From a virus, in IMG/VR virus record IMGVR_UViG_3300025949_000001, positions 51,996 to 115,995 of that record: 64,000 nucleotides of DNA, one strand, 5' to 3'. The first letter of the stretch is position 1, and every line of letters starts with the position of its first letter. Both the position numbers and the translations under genes were made by a program. The notes beneath the pieces were generated by a model. That model was not told the origin of the DNA. It saw nothing but the letters and a program-made list of their open reading frames with translations, and ran no database searches. Of this stretch, positions 45,970-55,326 are shown one piece after another.

Positions 45970-48950
45970 GACAGGGCCGCCGCGAGTTGCCGCATCATCT
46001 GCGCCTGCTGTTCGGGTCCGGGGGCTTGCGGGCCGTAGTAGTTGAACGCGACCTGCGGCCCGGCTGCGGCGGCCTGCGGCCGCGATTGCATGGCGGTGGT
46101 CTGGCCGTGGGTCAGGACATAGCCGTCCTGGCCGGACAGGAATGTCTCTTCGCCGTGTTCTCCGACCGGCGTCAAAGTGCCCGCCGTGACCGGTCCGCCG
46201 CCCGCGCGCCCGGCGCCGAGCGCCTTGCCGCCGCCGGTCAGATCGACGCCCCCGCCCGGCATGTTGTGCGTGACCGCGTAAACCTGGACCGTGCCGTACG
46301 AGCTGTTGATGTCGTTGAGCAGATGCTTGACCGCCTGCTGCGCGGAACCGGTGTTGGCGTTGACGTTGATCGGGATGTTCTTGGGCAGCTGATACAACTC
46401 GTCTGCGAGTTCGCGCACTTTTTTCTTGTTCAGCCCGGCCTTGTCGGCCGCGTCGATGAACGCGTTCTTCTCCGCGAGCAGCTTCCCGTTCGCGTCGCTG
46501 TACGCGGCGGAGGCGCCCTTCGTGGACACCTCGCTCTGGTACAGCGCGATCGCGGCCTTCTGCGCGGAGGACGCGATACCCGCGAACACCTGGACATTGC
46601 GCGCGCCCTTGACGTTCGTGTCATCGAGGCTCGCGCCGTTGGCGTTGACGGCGGCGCTGACGCCGTCCAGCGCGATGGTGAACGATGCCTGGGAGGTGAG
46701 CAGGCTGCTCTCGGTGTCGTTCATCGCCTGCAATACCGACCCGTACGCCGAACCGCCGGACGCGGCCAGTTGGTAGGAGGCGACGGACGCGGCGAGCTGC
46801 TGGTTCAGTTGGCTCTGGCCGTCGCCCAGGTTCAGCGCCGCGACCGTGTTGTCGCCGGTGCTCTGCGCTTTCTCCGTGAGCTTCTGATACTCGGCGTCCA
46901 GCGTGGCGTTGAAAATGCTCGTAGTGTTGTTCAGCGCCGCCGTCGCGGCGTCCAAAGCGGTCTGCTTGTTGATCGCGTCCGCGACCTGCTGCGTTTGCGC
47001 CTTGACCGAGTTGAGCAGCTGCTGCGTCGAGTCCGTCAGGGTGTTCGACGCTTCGGCGCCCTGCGCGAGGCGCACGCTGCCGGTCGACATCGCCTGGTTC
47101 AGCTGGTTCTGGCCCCCGACCATCTGCACGCTGGAGCCGTACAGGGTGTTGACGGCCACCGCGGTCTGCTGATTCGCCTGGCCCAGTTGCGTCTGCCCGG
47201 TCAGCGACGCCAAGGTTGCCACCTGCTGCTGGCGTGAGACCTCGTTGGACTGGCTGGTGATCGCGGCCAGTTGCGACATGGCGGACTTGTTGCCGGTGGC
47301 GGCCTCGGTGAGCAGCGAGAGCGAAACCCCGGCGTTCTTGGCCTCGTCGGCGAGACCGGACGTCTGCGCCTGCTGCGCGACGAACGCGGAGGTGGACTGC
47401 CCGATCTTTCCGGCGTCCTGCGCGACAGCGGCGGCCAGATCGCCCTGGCTCAGCGTGATGGCCTTGGTGGCGTCGTCCGCGTTGAACAATGCGGCGGCCA
47501 GCCCGGAGGCCAGGCCGATACCGGCGCCGATGGCGATGCCCCACGGGCCGCCGACCACGCCGGCCATTTTCGCGAGCGTCCCGGACGCCCCGGACGCAGC
47601 ACCCTGCATCTTGCCCAGCAGTCCGCCGGACTCCTCCGCCTTGTCCGCCAGTTTCGAAAGGCCTTCGGCTCCCGACAGGAGTCCGCTTTGGATTTTCGGG
47701 TCCAATTTCAACGCGCTGACTGCGCCGAGGACTCCGCCGACGACCGCAGGCGAAGAAACGCCCCGCATGGCGTCGTCCAGCCCGTTGATCACATGGGTGA
47801 GGCCGATCAGCGGCACGGAGGTGGCCGTGCCCGCTGCCCCGATCACCGACCCGACTGTGTGGATCGTGTTGCCCACGGCGTTGAGAGTCGCCTCAAGCGC
47901 GCTTCCCTGAGCGTTGGCGTTGTTCACGACCCCGGTGAAGAATCCGCCGACGTCCGCGCCGAGCACGGGCAGCGACTTGGAGAAGTCGGTGACGATCACT
48001 TGGCTGGTGGAGAGCGCCTTGGACATCCCGGGCAGCAGGCCGCCGACGAATCCGGTTAGGCCCGTGGTGACGGTGGCGATGTCGGGTTCGGCGGCAGAGA
48101 ACAGTTCCTTGAAGTCGGGCCTTAGTTCCCGCACCTGCTTGTCGACTGCGAGCAGATCGGCATGCAACTCAGCCGTCGCCGGCGCAGCGGCCTGTTCGAT
48201 CGAGGTGGCGGCATCGTGGCCGACCTGCGCCATGTCGGCGGCGATGACCTTGTTCTGCTTGAGGACTAGTGCGGTCACGCCGACCATGGCGGTGCCCAGG
48301 CCGGCGGCCAGCAGCGAGCCGCCGATTGCGCCCGCTCCGGCGAGTGCGGCGATGATCAGCGGGGACATGCCCTGACCGGCGTCTTTGGCCGCCTTCTCGC
48401 CCTTGCCCTTGATCTCCTCATCGAGATCGTCCAGGCCTGGGGCGACTCCCTTGCCGATCTCGTCGCCAATGCCCTTGCCGATCTCGTCGCCGACGGTCTG
48501 GCCGGCGGAGATGAACCGGCCGCGCGAGTCGCGCAGGCGCGTGGTGACGGCGGTGGCGGCCTCGTCGGCGACTTTGCTGCCGCTTTCGCGCACGGCCGGG
48601 ATCGCGCCCTGGATGCCCGCGTCGATCCCCTTGCCGGCCTCGGTGCCGACCTTGCCGCCGAGGCCTTTGCCGATGCGTTCAGCCTCGTCCATGATCGGCG
48701 CCTCGGCGTCGGCGACCCCGCGGACGATCCCGTCCCCGACGCTTTTGCCGATGTCGGCCGCGTCGCGCTCCAATACCGGCTTGGCGTCCAGCAGCCCCTT
48801 GGACAGGCCCGAGGCCATCCGGGGGGAGGATCCCGCGCTCGCGCCCTCGACCGCTGCGGCGATCTTCGCCTTCCAGTCGGCCTCGTCGATGTTCGCTTTG
48901 ACGTCCATCCACGCCGAACCGGCTTTGAACCCTTCAGGCACCCCTGTCAC
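45966..48950 (-). CDS. tape measure protein
   Basis: 994 aa, A/G-rich helical; C-terminal RAGGGPV..VGEHGEE. Confidence 0.88.
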   Translation of the reverse strand: MTGVPEGFKAGSAWMDVKANIDEADWKAKIAAAVEGASAGSSPRMASGLSKGLLDAKPVLERDAADIGKSVGDGIVRGVADAEAPIMDEAERIGKGLGGKVGTEAGKGIDAGIQGAIPAVRESGSKVADEAATAVTTRLRDSRGRFISAGQTVGDEIGKGIGDEIGKGVAPGLDDLDEEIKGKGEKAAKDAGQGMSPLIIAALAGAGAIGGSLLAAGLGTAMVGVTALVLKQNKVIAADMAQVGHDAATSIEQAAAPATAELHADLLAVDKQVRELRPDFKELFSAAEPDIATVTTGLTGFVGGLLPGMSKALSTSQVIVTDFSKSLPVLGADVGGFFTGVVNNANAQGSALEATLNAVGNTIHTVGSVIGAAGTATSVPLIGLTHVINGLDDAMRGVSSPAVVGGVLGAVSALKLDPKIQSGLLSGAEGLSKLADKAEESGGLLGKMQGAASGASGTLAKMAGVVGGPWGIAIGAGIGLASGLAAALFNADDATKAITLSQGDLAAAVAQDAGKIGQSTSAFVAQQAQTSGLADEAKNAGVSLSLLTEAATGNKSAMSQLAAITSQSNEVSRQQQVATLASLTGQTQLGQANQQTAVAVNTLYGSSVQMVGGQNQLNQAMSTGSVRLAQGAEASNTLTDSTQQLLNSVKAQTQQVADAINKQTALDAATAALNNTTSIFNATLDAEYQKLTEKAQSTGDNTVAALNLGDGQSQLNQQLAASVASYQLAASGGSAYGSVLQAMNDTESSLLTSQASFTIALDGVSAAVNANGASLDDTNVKGARNVQVFAGIASSAQKAAIALYQSEVSTKGASAAYSDANGKLLAEKNAFIDAADKAGLNKKKVRELADELYQLPKNIPINVNANTGSAQQAVKHLLNDINSSYGTVQVYAVTHNMPGGGVDLTGGGKALGAGRAGGGPVTAGTLTPVGEHGEETFLSGQDGYVLTHGQTTAMQSRPQAAAAGPQVAFNYYGPQAPGPEQQAQMMRQLAAALS

Positions 48951-49586
48951 CTCCTCCCATCCTGGTCGCGGCCTGGATCACCAGGGCCGGGTTGGCGCCC
49001 ACCCAGTCGTCGAAACTCATCTCCGCAGCCGCCTGTCCGCGTCCCTGCGCCGCCGGGCCGTCCTGCTGCGCGCGTGCCCGCGCGGCCGCGAGGGCGACCG
49101 CGCCGCCGTACACCTCCAGCCGGTAGGCCAGCGCGAAGAACTCCGGGCCCGACAGGTCGCTGCCCTCGATCGGGCGCACCCGGTGGAAGCGGCTGAAGTC
49201 GCTGGCCACATCCCGCCAGTAGGCCAGGACCCAGGCGACTTGCGCGGCGCGCTGCTCGATCAGGCTTTTGGGTCCTCCGGTCCGCCCAGCAGGGCGTCGC
49301 GCAGTGCGGCGCCGATGTCGGGCATGTGGTCGCGGGTGAGCGCCGGGTCCTCCTCGAGCCGCGTGTACTGCTCGCTTCCGAGCAGCTTCATCAGCGCCCA
49401 CGTCAGGGCGTGGTCGGAGCTGGAGGCGTAGAGCAGCCGCAGGTAGGTCAGCCCCCAGCCGACGGGGATGTGCGCGGGGAAGGTGTAGATCGTGTCGGCG
49501 ACCTTGAACCCCGGCACCCGGTCTTCGGCCGGGCCGCCCGCCTCGTCGCCCGTCGCGGGCGCGGCGTTCGCTTTCGTAGTGGTCAT
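48934..49586 (-). CDS. tail assembly chaperone pair (gpG 49260-49586; gpGT via -1 frameshift)
   Basis: CCCAAAA slippery site (49266-49272) just before the gpG stop; -1 frame continues PKSLIEQ.. to 48934. Confidence 0.8.
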
Positions 49587-49591
49587 GGGCG

Positions 49592-50167
49592 TCACGCGGT
49601 CTGGTCGATGTTGGCCCACGCGGGGATCGAGTCGGACACCTCGTAGAGGGTCCACGTCGCCGCGAGCGTGGAGATCTTCCCGTCCTGCACGAACGCCTTC
49701 TGCACCTTCGGCTTCGACAAGGCCTTACGGCCGATCAGGCGGCGGCGGAACCCGCCCGGCGCCCAGCCGTCCAGCAGCACCGCCCCGTACTGCGGCACCG
49801 GGGGCAGGCCGCCGACCTGCGCCTCCTGCTTCGCCCACCCGGTGCCGGATGTCGAGGTGACCAGGTTGTTCATGATGATCGCGTAGTTCGCGAGCGTGGC
49901 CTCGGCCATCGCGACGGTGATCGTGGTCATCGCGGTGCCCGCGACATACCGCGCGCCGATCGGGCGCAGCCGCTGATCGACGATCAGATCGGTGGACGGC
50001 AGGTCGTCCTCCCACACGAACCCGCCGCTGGTGTCGCCGACGTCCGTCCACACGGCAGGGTCGGGCGCGGTGTAGGGGGACATGGATGAGTCGGCGGGTT
50101 CGAGCGCGCCGAACGCGCCGTAGTAGAACTTGCCGACGCCGGACACGACGTTATTCGGGTTGCCCAT
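49592..50167 (-). CDS. major tail protein
   Basis: NVVSGVGKFYYGAFG..WTDVGDTSGG..MAEATLAN; position before chaperones. Confidence 0.8.
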   Translation of the reverse strand: MGNPNNVVSGVGKFYYGAFGALEPADSSMSPYTAPDPAVWTDVGDTSGGFVWEDDLPSTDLIVDQRLRPIGARYVAGTAMTTITVAMAEATLANYAIIMNNLVTSTSGTGWAKQEAQVGGLPPVPQYGAVLLDGWAPGGFRRRLIGRKALSKPKVQKAFVQDGKISTLAATWTLYEVSDSIPAWANIDQTA

Positions 50168-50233
50168 GGCGGTGTTGCTCCGTTTCGTTCCCGTCTACCG
50201 GGGACTCGTGGGTGGTGCGGGGTGTTGCTGCGG

Positions 50234-50432
50234 CTAGCGCTTCCTGGCGCCTTTACGGACCGGGAGGGCGCGGTAGCCGGTCTTCTTGCCTCGGGTGGCG
50301 ACGATCTGCTCAGCCCATTTTTTGGCGAAGGGCTTCTTTGTTGCATATAGAAAGCGGTTGTCGCCACTGTGCCTTGGAATGCATCGGTCCAGGGGACTTG
50401 CGCTTCCCGCTGGACTTCTTTGTGGAGGCCAT
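50234..50432 (-). pseudogene. small basic virion-operon protein with a 7-nt frameshifting insertion
   Basis: Deleting 50357-50363 gives 63 aa ..HSKAQWRFLYATKKPFAKKWAEQ.. Confidence 0.55.
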
Positions 50433-50437
50433 CGTGG

Positions 50438-51040
50438 TTAGATCACCTCCTCGAGATAGGTTTTCGCGGAATCCCACCAGTCGGGGCGTTCCACATAATG
50501 CAAGACCATGTTGCAGACGCGGCATAATGCTCCCCGCACCTGACCGGTTTTGTGATCGTGATCAACGCAGGTCGCTTTTTGCGTCCGACAGATCCAGCAG
50601 AGGCCGTCATGCCGGGCGGCCAGCCCGTCCCATTCCTTCTCGGACAAGCCGTATCGACGCAACCTGGCCCGCGCTGACTTGCTGGGCGTGCATTCGAAAC
50701 AGATCCTCTGTCTACTGCTCGTCGGTTCGTAGGCCTGACCGCACTTTGAGCAAGTCGCAGTCGAAGGTCGTCCACCCGAGGGGTTCTTCACCAGGGCGCG
50801 CACCTGGACCATGTCGCGGACCGACACGGCACATTTTTTCGAGCACCGAGATTGTGTACGCCAGTTACGCGTGCGGAAAGAAGAACCACAGCCAGGGCAT
50901 ACCATCGCTGGATGGCGGCATTCAAATGAGCAGAATTTTTGGCGGTTGCTCGACGGCTGGAAAAGGTCGCCACACGTGATGCACGGGCGCTTCTCGCTAC
51001 TAACATTCATAACTTCAGGGATATCTTCTTCTGCTATCAC
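50438..51040 (-). CDS. endonuclease VII-type (HNH) free-standing endonuclease
   Basis: RRYGLS..CWIC..VDHDHKTGQVRGALCRVCN; N-terminal CxxC repeats; lower GC. Confidence 0.88.
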   Translation of the reverse strand: MIAEEDIPEVMNVSSEKRPCITCGDLFQPSSNRQKFCSFECRHPAMVCPGCGSSFRTRNWRTQSRCSKKCAVSVRDMVQVRALVKNPSGGRPSTATCSKCGQAYEPTSSRQRICFECTPSKSARARLRRYGLSEKEWDGLAARHDGLCWICRTQKATCVDHDHKTGQVRGALCRVCNMVLHYVERPDWWDSAKTYLEEVI

Positions 51041-51086
51041 TGCAGTGCCTCCTCTCGCGATATCGAATTCACGAAGATATAGCCGC

Positions 51087-51440
51087 CTACGACACCCCCG
51101 GCATGCGAAACAGGGCGACCGAGACGCCCGTGTTCGCCGAGAAATCCAACTCGACCGTGTTCGAACTCGGCTGGTTGTAGTCCGAGGGGTAAGGCCCGAA
51201 CTTCACCGGCGCGGGCGTGGTAGCCACGACGACCGTCGTCGGTGAAGTCACGGACTGCCCTTGGACGAGGCGCCCGATCTTCTCGGTGACCGTGGTCGTG
51301 GTGCCGGTGGTGACGACCTCGATCCACTCGCGGCCGGTGTTCTGGAACGTCAGGCCGCTGTTGCTGCCGAGCGAGGTGTAGGTGGGCACGAGTCCCGCCG
51401 GGGTGGGGACCTGCGCGGCGAGGTTGGTGAGCAGGGTCAT
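51087..51440 (-). CDS. virion structural protein
   Basis: TFQNTGRE..FGPYP..YNQ; in head-tail block. Confidence 0.6.
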   Translation of the reverse strand: MTLLTNLAAQVPTPAGLVPTYTSLGSNSGLTFQNTGREWIEVVTTGTTTTVTEKIGRLVQGQSVTSPTTVVVATTPAPVKFGPYPSDYNQPSSNTVELDFSANTGVSVALFRMPGVS

Positions 51441-51649
51441 TACTTGCTGCCTTTCTTGGCCCACTTGCGGGCGTTTTGGGCGAACACGGCGCGGCGGCGC
51501 GTGGCCGGGTTTTTGGACTTGGCCAGGGCGGCGAGCTTCGCGGCGGGGATCGGCCGGCCCTTCTTCGCCCCGGCGGCGGCGCGCAGCTTGCCCGCATTCG
51601 AGGCCTTGATCTTGATGGGCGACTTGCCGCCGCCCGACTTCATCGCCAC
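51440..51649 (-). CDS. small Lys/Ala-rich basic phage protein
   Basis: IKIKASNAGKL..RRRAVFAQNARKW. Confidence 0.6.
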   Translation of the reverse strand: MAMKSGGGKSPIKIKASNAGKLRAAAGAKKGRPIPAAKLAALAKSKNPATRRRAVFAQNARKWAKKGSK

Positions 51650-51662
51650 GCGCGCCTCCCGC

Positions 51663-52133
51663 TCATGAATAGGTCGCCTCGATTTCGGTCCACAGCAGTT
51701 GCAGGTCGAAACCCACGTGCGCCCAGTCCGCCGGGTCCCCGTACATGCGCCGCGGCTCCGTCACCAGCCGCGCCGAGGCGACCCGCGCCGGGAAGTAGGT
51801 CACCGGCCCCGCAGTGATCTCCAGGTCGCGTACGGCGCGGTCGCGCTGGAACGTCTCGGCGCGGATGTGCTCGGCCAGGCGGTGTGCGACCCCCCACGGC
51901 GGCTTGTTCGAGTTGGCCACGGTCGCGTAGCAGTCGATCTGCACCACGGGCGCCTTCGCCGGGACGTCGAGCATCGTGCCGCCCACACCGCCGGTGACCA
52001 CCACGAACCCATCCGCCGACCACGCGGACGGGTCGGGCAGCGCGGTGGCGCACATGTCGGCGGACAGCCCGGGGATCGACGCGAGCCACGCGAGGACCAC
52101 CAAGTCGGTGTTGGGGCGGTTCGGCAGGCTCAT
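51663..52133 (-). CDS. tail terminator
   Basis: DLVVLAWL..PVVQIDCYA..KPPWG; position. Confidence 0.7.
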   Translation of the reverse strand: MSLPNRPNTDLVVLAWLASIPGLSADMCATALPDPSAWSADGFVVVTGGVGGTMLDVPAKAPVVQIDCYATVANSNKPPWGVAHRLAEHIRAETFQRDRAVRDLEITAGPVTYFPARVASARLVTEPRRMYGDPADWAHVGFDLQLLWTEIEATYS

Positions 52134-52465
52134 CCGGAGCGCTCCTGGTAGACCGCTGGGCGCATGAACGGCTGCGCTGGCACCCACGTCTGGTGCGCCG
52201 GATGCCCGTTGATCTCAGCAGGGGTCCAGTGCCCGAACTCGACCCAGCGGGGATAGTCCGCCGAGTTCTCGATGATCAGGTCGTGGCCGCCCTCGCCGCC
52301 CAGGCGCGGTGGCTCACAGTGCTCCAGCAGGTTCCCCGTATCCACCGGGCAGTAGCGCCGCTCGTCCTCAACGATCGCCGGGCCAAGCTTCCCCAGGAAC
52401 ACCCGGTCGGTGCCCGCGTACACGCCCTCGCGCCAGTCCGGTTCCATCTCGATGCGCACGCTCAT
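52130..52465 (-). CDS. HK97 gp10-like tail completion protein
   Basis: CPVDTGNL..Y..WVEFG..AQPFMRPA. Confidence 0.8.
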   Translation of the reverse strand: MSVRIEMEPDWREGVYAGTDRVFLGKLGPAIVEDERRYCPVDTGNLLEHCEPPRLGGEGGHDLIIENSADYPRWVEFGHWTPAEINGHPAHQTWVPAQPFMRPAVYQERSG

Positions 52466-52803
52466 TTGGTCACGCTCGTCACACGCTGCAGGACTGCCGT
52501 CAGGTCCGGGGTCAGACCGGGCGCGTTGGGCTGTGTCAGCTGCGTGACCGAGTACACGTAGCCGGTTTCCTCGTCGAGGATCTGGTCGCTGGAGAGCAGG
52601 TCCGTGGTCGAGGGCAGCGTCAGGTCGATGCGGCGCACGGTGCGCCGCTGCTGGGTCGCGGCGTCCCACGTCGTCGCGTTCGACTCGACCAGCGCCGCGA
52701 TGATCCCCGTCTTGTACGGGGTCTGCGTGTCGATCAGGTCGCCGGCGTCGTTGTAGTCGGTGCCGCGCAGGATCGTGACTTTCGTCGTCGCCAGTGCGTA
52801 CAC
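52462..52803 (-). CDS. head-tail stopper
   Basis: Beta-rich 113 aa; position. Confidence 0.65.
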   Translation of the reverse strand: MYALATTKVTILRGTDYNDAGDLIDTQTPYKTGIIAALVESNATTWDAATQQRRTVRRIDLTLPSTTDLLSSDQILDEETGYVYSVTQLTQPNAPGLTPDLTAVLQRVTSVTK

Positions 52804-52804
52804 G

Positions 52805-53566
52805 TCAGCCCCCGTACGTTCCGACGGGGAACCACGGGAACGCCAGGTCGTTCGCGGACGAGTCCGCGTTCGGGTTGAGCAGGCCGCCGAAGGAGTCCTG
52901 GAACGGGGACTGCACGTGCAAGCTGCGCCCGCGCATCCACGAGACCTTCGACAGCGCCTTCGCGGCCAGCGGCGCGATGCGCAGCGAGTCGTCCTTCAGC
53001 GCCACCGCCCGGCTGCCCATCGTGATCGCCGCCAGGTCGATGCGCTGGAACAGGTCCGGCTGCGCCGTCAGCCACGCCGCCTGGAACGCCACTGTGAGCT
53101 TGAGCCAATACTGGTCGCGGGTGCCGGTCCTGGGCTGCGCGTCGTAGGTGCGGCCGGCGAAGATGTCCACGAGCGCCTGCGCCTGCATCAGCTGCGCCGT
53201 CGTGACCGTCAGCCCCGTGTAGGTAGCGACGTCGTCGAGGGTGGCCCACGAGCCGAGCGGGGAGACGTTGGGGTTCGCGGCCAGGACTTCGAAGTCCTCG
53301 TCGCTGAACGCCGGAGAGCCGTCCACGTCGGTGCCGGTCCAGATCGCGGCGTAGTCCCCGGGGCTCTGATCGGAAGGCGCCTGCCAGGTGTAGGTGTACA
53401 CGCCCGTACCCGGGTGGCCCACGCCGGTGGGGGTGGGGGACAGCACGATGTGGCCGCCGGAGTCCACCAGCCCGAACGCGATCGAGGCGAGGTCGGTGAG
53501 CATGGTGCCGGTCTCGTCGTACCAGAGCGACGAGAACACGCCCGGCCGGCCCTGTGTCACGTCCAT
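52805..53566 (-). CDS. head-tail adaptor with N-terminal Ig-like domain
   Basis: WATLDDVATYTG..LKLTVAFQAAW..IAPLAAKAL. Confidence 0.7.
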   Translation of the reverse strand: MDVTQGRPGVFSSLWYDETGTMLTDLASIAFGLVDSGGHIVLSPTPTGVGHPGTGVYTYTWQAPSDQSPGDYAAIWTGTDVDGSPAFSDEDFEVLAANPNVSPLGSWATLDDVATYTGLTVTTAQLMQAQALVDIFAGRTYDAQPRTGTRDQYWLKLTVAFQAAWLTAQPDLFQRIDLAAITMGSRAVALKDDSLRIAPLAAKALSKVSWMRGRSLHVQSPFQDSFGGLLNPNADSSANDLAFPWFPVGTYGG

Positions 53567-53567
53567 G

Positions 53568-55322
53568 TCACGCCGCCTTCGCGACGGCGCCGCCGAGCAG
53601 CGAGATCGTGTTGCTCGCAGACGCCGTGCCCCACGTGAACCCGACCGCGAGCGCGCTGCTGGCGCTGGTGGTGACGGCTGTAGGCGCGGTCGGGGTGCCT
53701 GCGTACGGGCTGGCCGCTCCCGTGGAGGTGTTGGTGACCAGCAGCAGATCCAGTTCGGCGGTGACCGAGGTCGAGGACCGGAACGTGATCCTGGCTCGGT
53801 ATTTGAACGTGGCATTGGTGACACCGGACGGGGCGGTGATCGCGGGGATGGAGGCGATGAGGGTTCCGGCGGTGCCGCCCCAGTACACGGCGAACGTCAT
53901 CGCCGGCGTTCCGCTGGTCGAGTACACGCCGTAGCCTTCAACCTCGTACACGCTGCCGACCTGCGGGTCGCTCGCGGGCACGGTGCCGGTTTGCAGCGTC
54001 GACAGCGCGGCCGTGTTGGCGATCGTCGTGGTCGAGGTGACCGCGGCGGCGGGCCGCAGGCTCGGGATGTTGTTCAAGCCAGGCAGCGTGCCGCCGAACT
54101 GGGTGCCGGTGCTGGCCGGGCAGTTCTTCACCGAGTAGCGGCCCGTCGCGGACGCGTCGAACGTCACGTGCGCCGTGGTCGGCGCGGTGCCGTACACGCC
54201 GACGATGTCTTCGAGCACGATCGTGGAGCCGCCGACTGCGTGTGCGAGCACCCCGCTGACGACGTTCGCCGAGCCGCCGTTGCCGATCGCCACGTCCCGC
54301 AGGCTGTGGTTGCCGCCGAACAGGGAGATCAACGTCTGCGGGGTGGAGAACCCGGCGGCGAAACCGCCGGCGTACACGTACAGGTGCTCGCCGAAGAAGT
54401 TCTTCGTGGTGTTGTCGGTGCTGATGTACGGGCCGCCGGCCATCGTGTCGCCCTCGAACTTGCAGTCCGTGACGTACAGCCCGTTGCCGTTCGCGGAGTT
54501 GCCCGGGCCTTGGCTGAACCAGAGCGCGCCGGTGCCGAACGCCTCGAACCGGCAGTTGCGGAAGTGGATCTGGTTGCTGGTGCCCGCGGAGTTGCCGAAC
54601 CCGCTGGCGGCGGCGCTGTTGCGGATCCACACGTTCGGCTGCGTCGTGGACCCGGCGGTGCCGGTGCAGGAGACGATCGCGCAGTCCTCGAAGCGGGAGT
54701 CCCAGAACTCCGCCGAGTCGAGGACCAGGTCCGCGTTGCTGATGATCACAACGTCGCGGAACAGCAGGTTGTCCGCGTAGTAGCACTGGAAAACCAGGCC
54801 GGTTTTCCCGTTCCCGTTGATCCCGAGCGCTTCGATCGCGGAGAAACGGCAGTGCGTGGCCCCGCTCAGGTCGGTGGACGGGCCCGACATCGAGATCAGG
54901 GTGCCGTTGGCTGCTTTCTTCAGGATCGTGGCGTTGCGTCCGGCGCCGCGCATGCGCACGTTCGAGGGCATGCTCAGCGCGACTGCGGGGCTGCCGGTGG
55001 GGGTGAGCACGCACGTTCCTGCAGGGATTTCCACGGTGCCGCCGCCGAATGTGCTCAGCGCGTTGAGCGCGGCCTGCACGGCGGACGTGTCGTCGGTGAC
55101 GCCGTCGACCTTCGCGCCGTATGCCGAGTTCTTCACGTTTAGTGTCGCCGCGCCGGTGTAGTCCCATTTCCCGTTGCCGGATGCGTCGCTGGACCAGACT
55201 TTCCCTGTAGCGGCGTCCGCGGCCACGGTCATCGCGGGGGTGCCGGTGAGGGTGAGGGTGCCGGTGAGGGTGCCGCCGGCGAGCGGGAGTTTGTCGGCCG
55301 AGCCGTATGCGGTGGCTGCCAT
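53568..55322 (-). CDS. fibre/spike protein with pectate-lyase-like beta-helix
   Basis: LNVK..YGAKVDGVTDDTSAVQAAL..GGGTVEIPAGT; KLPLAGGTLTG fibre motif. Confidence 0.75.
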   Translation of the reverse strand: MAATAYGSADKLPLAGGTLTGTLTLTGTPAMTVAADAATGKVWSSDASGNGKWDYTGAATLNVKNSAYGAKVDGVTDDTSAVQAALNALSTFGGGTVEIPAGTCVLTPTGSPAVALSMPSNVRMRGAGRNATILKKAANGTLISMSGPSTDLSGATHCRFSAIEALGINGNGKTGLVFQCYYADNLLFRDVVIISNADLVLDSAEFWDSRFEDCAIVSCTGTAGSTTQPNVWIRNSAAASGFGNSAGTSNQIHFRNCRFEAFGTGALWFSQGPGNSANGNGLYVTDCKFEGDTMAGGPYISTDNTTKNFFGEHLYVYAGGFAAGFSTPQTLISLFGGNHSLRDVAIGNGGSANVVSGVLAHAVGGSTIVLEDIVGVYGTAPTTAHVTFDASATGRYSVKNCPASTGTQFGGTLPGLNNIPSLRPAAAVTSTTTIANTAALSTLQTGTVPASDPQVGSVYEVEGYGVYSTSGTPAMTFAVYWGGTAGTLIASIPAITAPSGVTNATFKYRARITFRSSTSVTAELDLLLVTNTSTGAASPYAGTPTAPTAVTTSASSALAVGFTWGTASASNTISLLGGAVAKAA

Positions 55323-55326
55323 CGGG

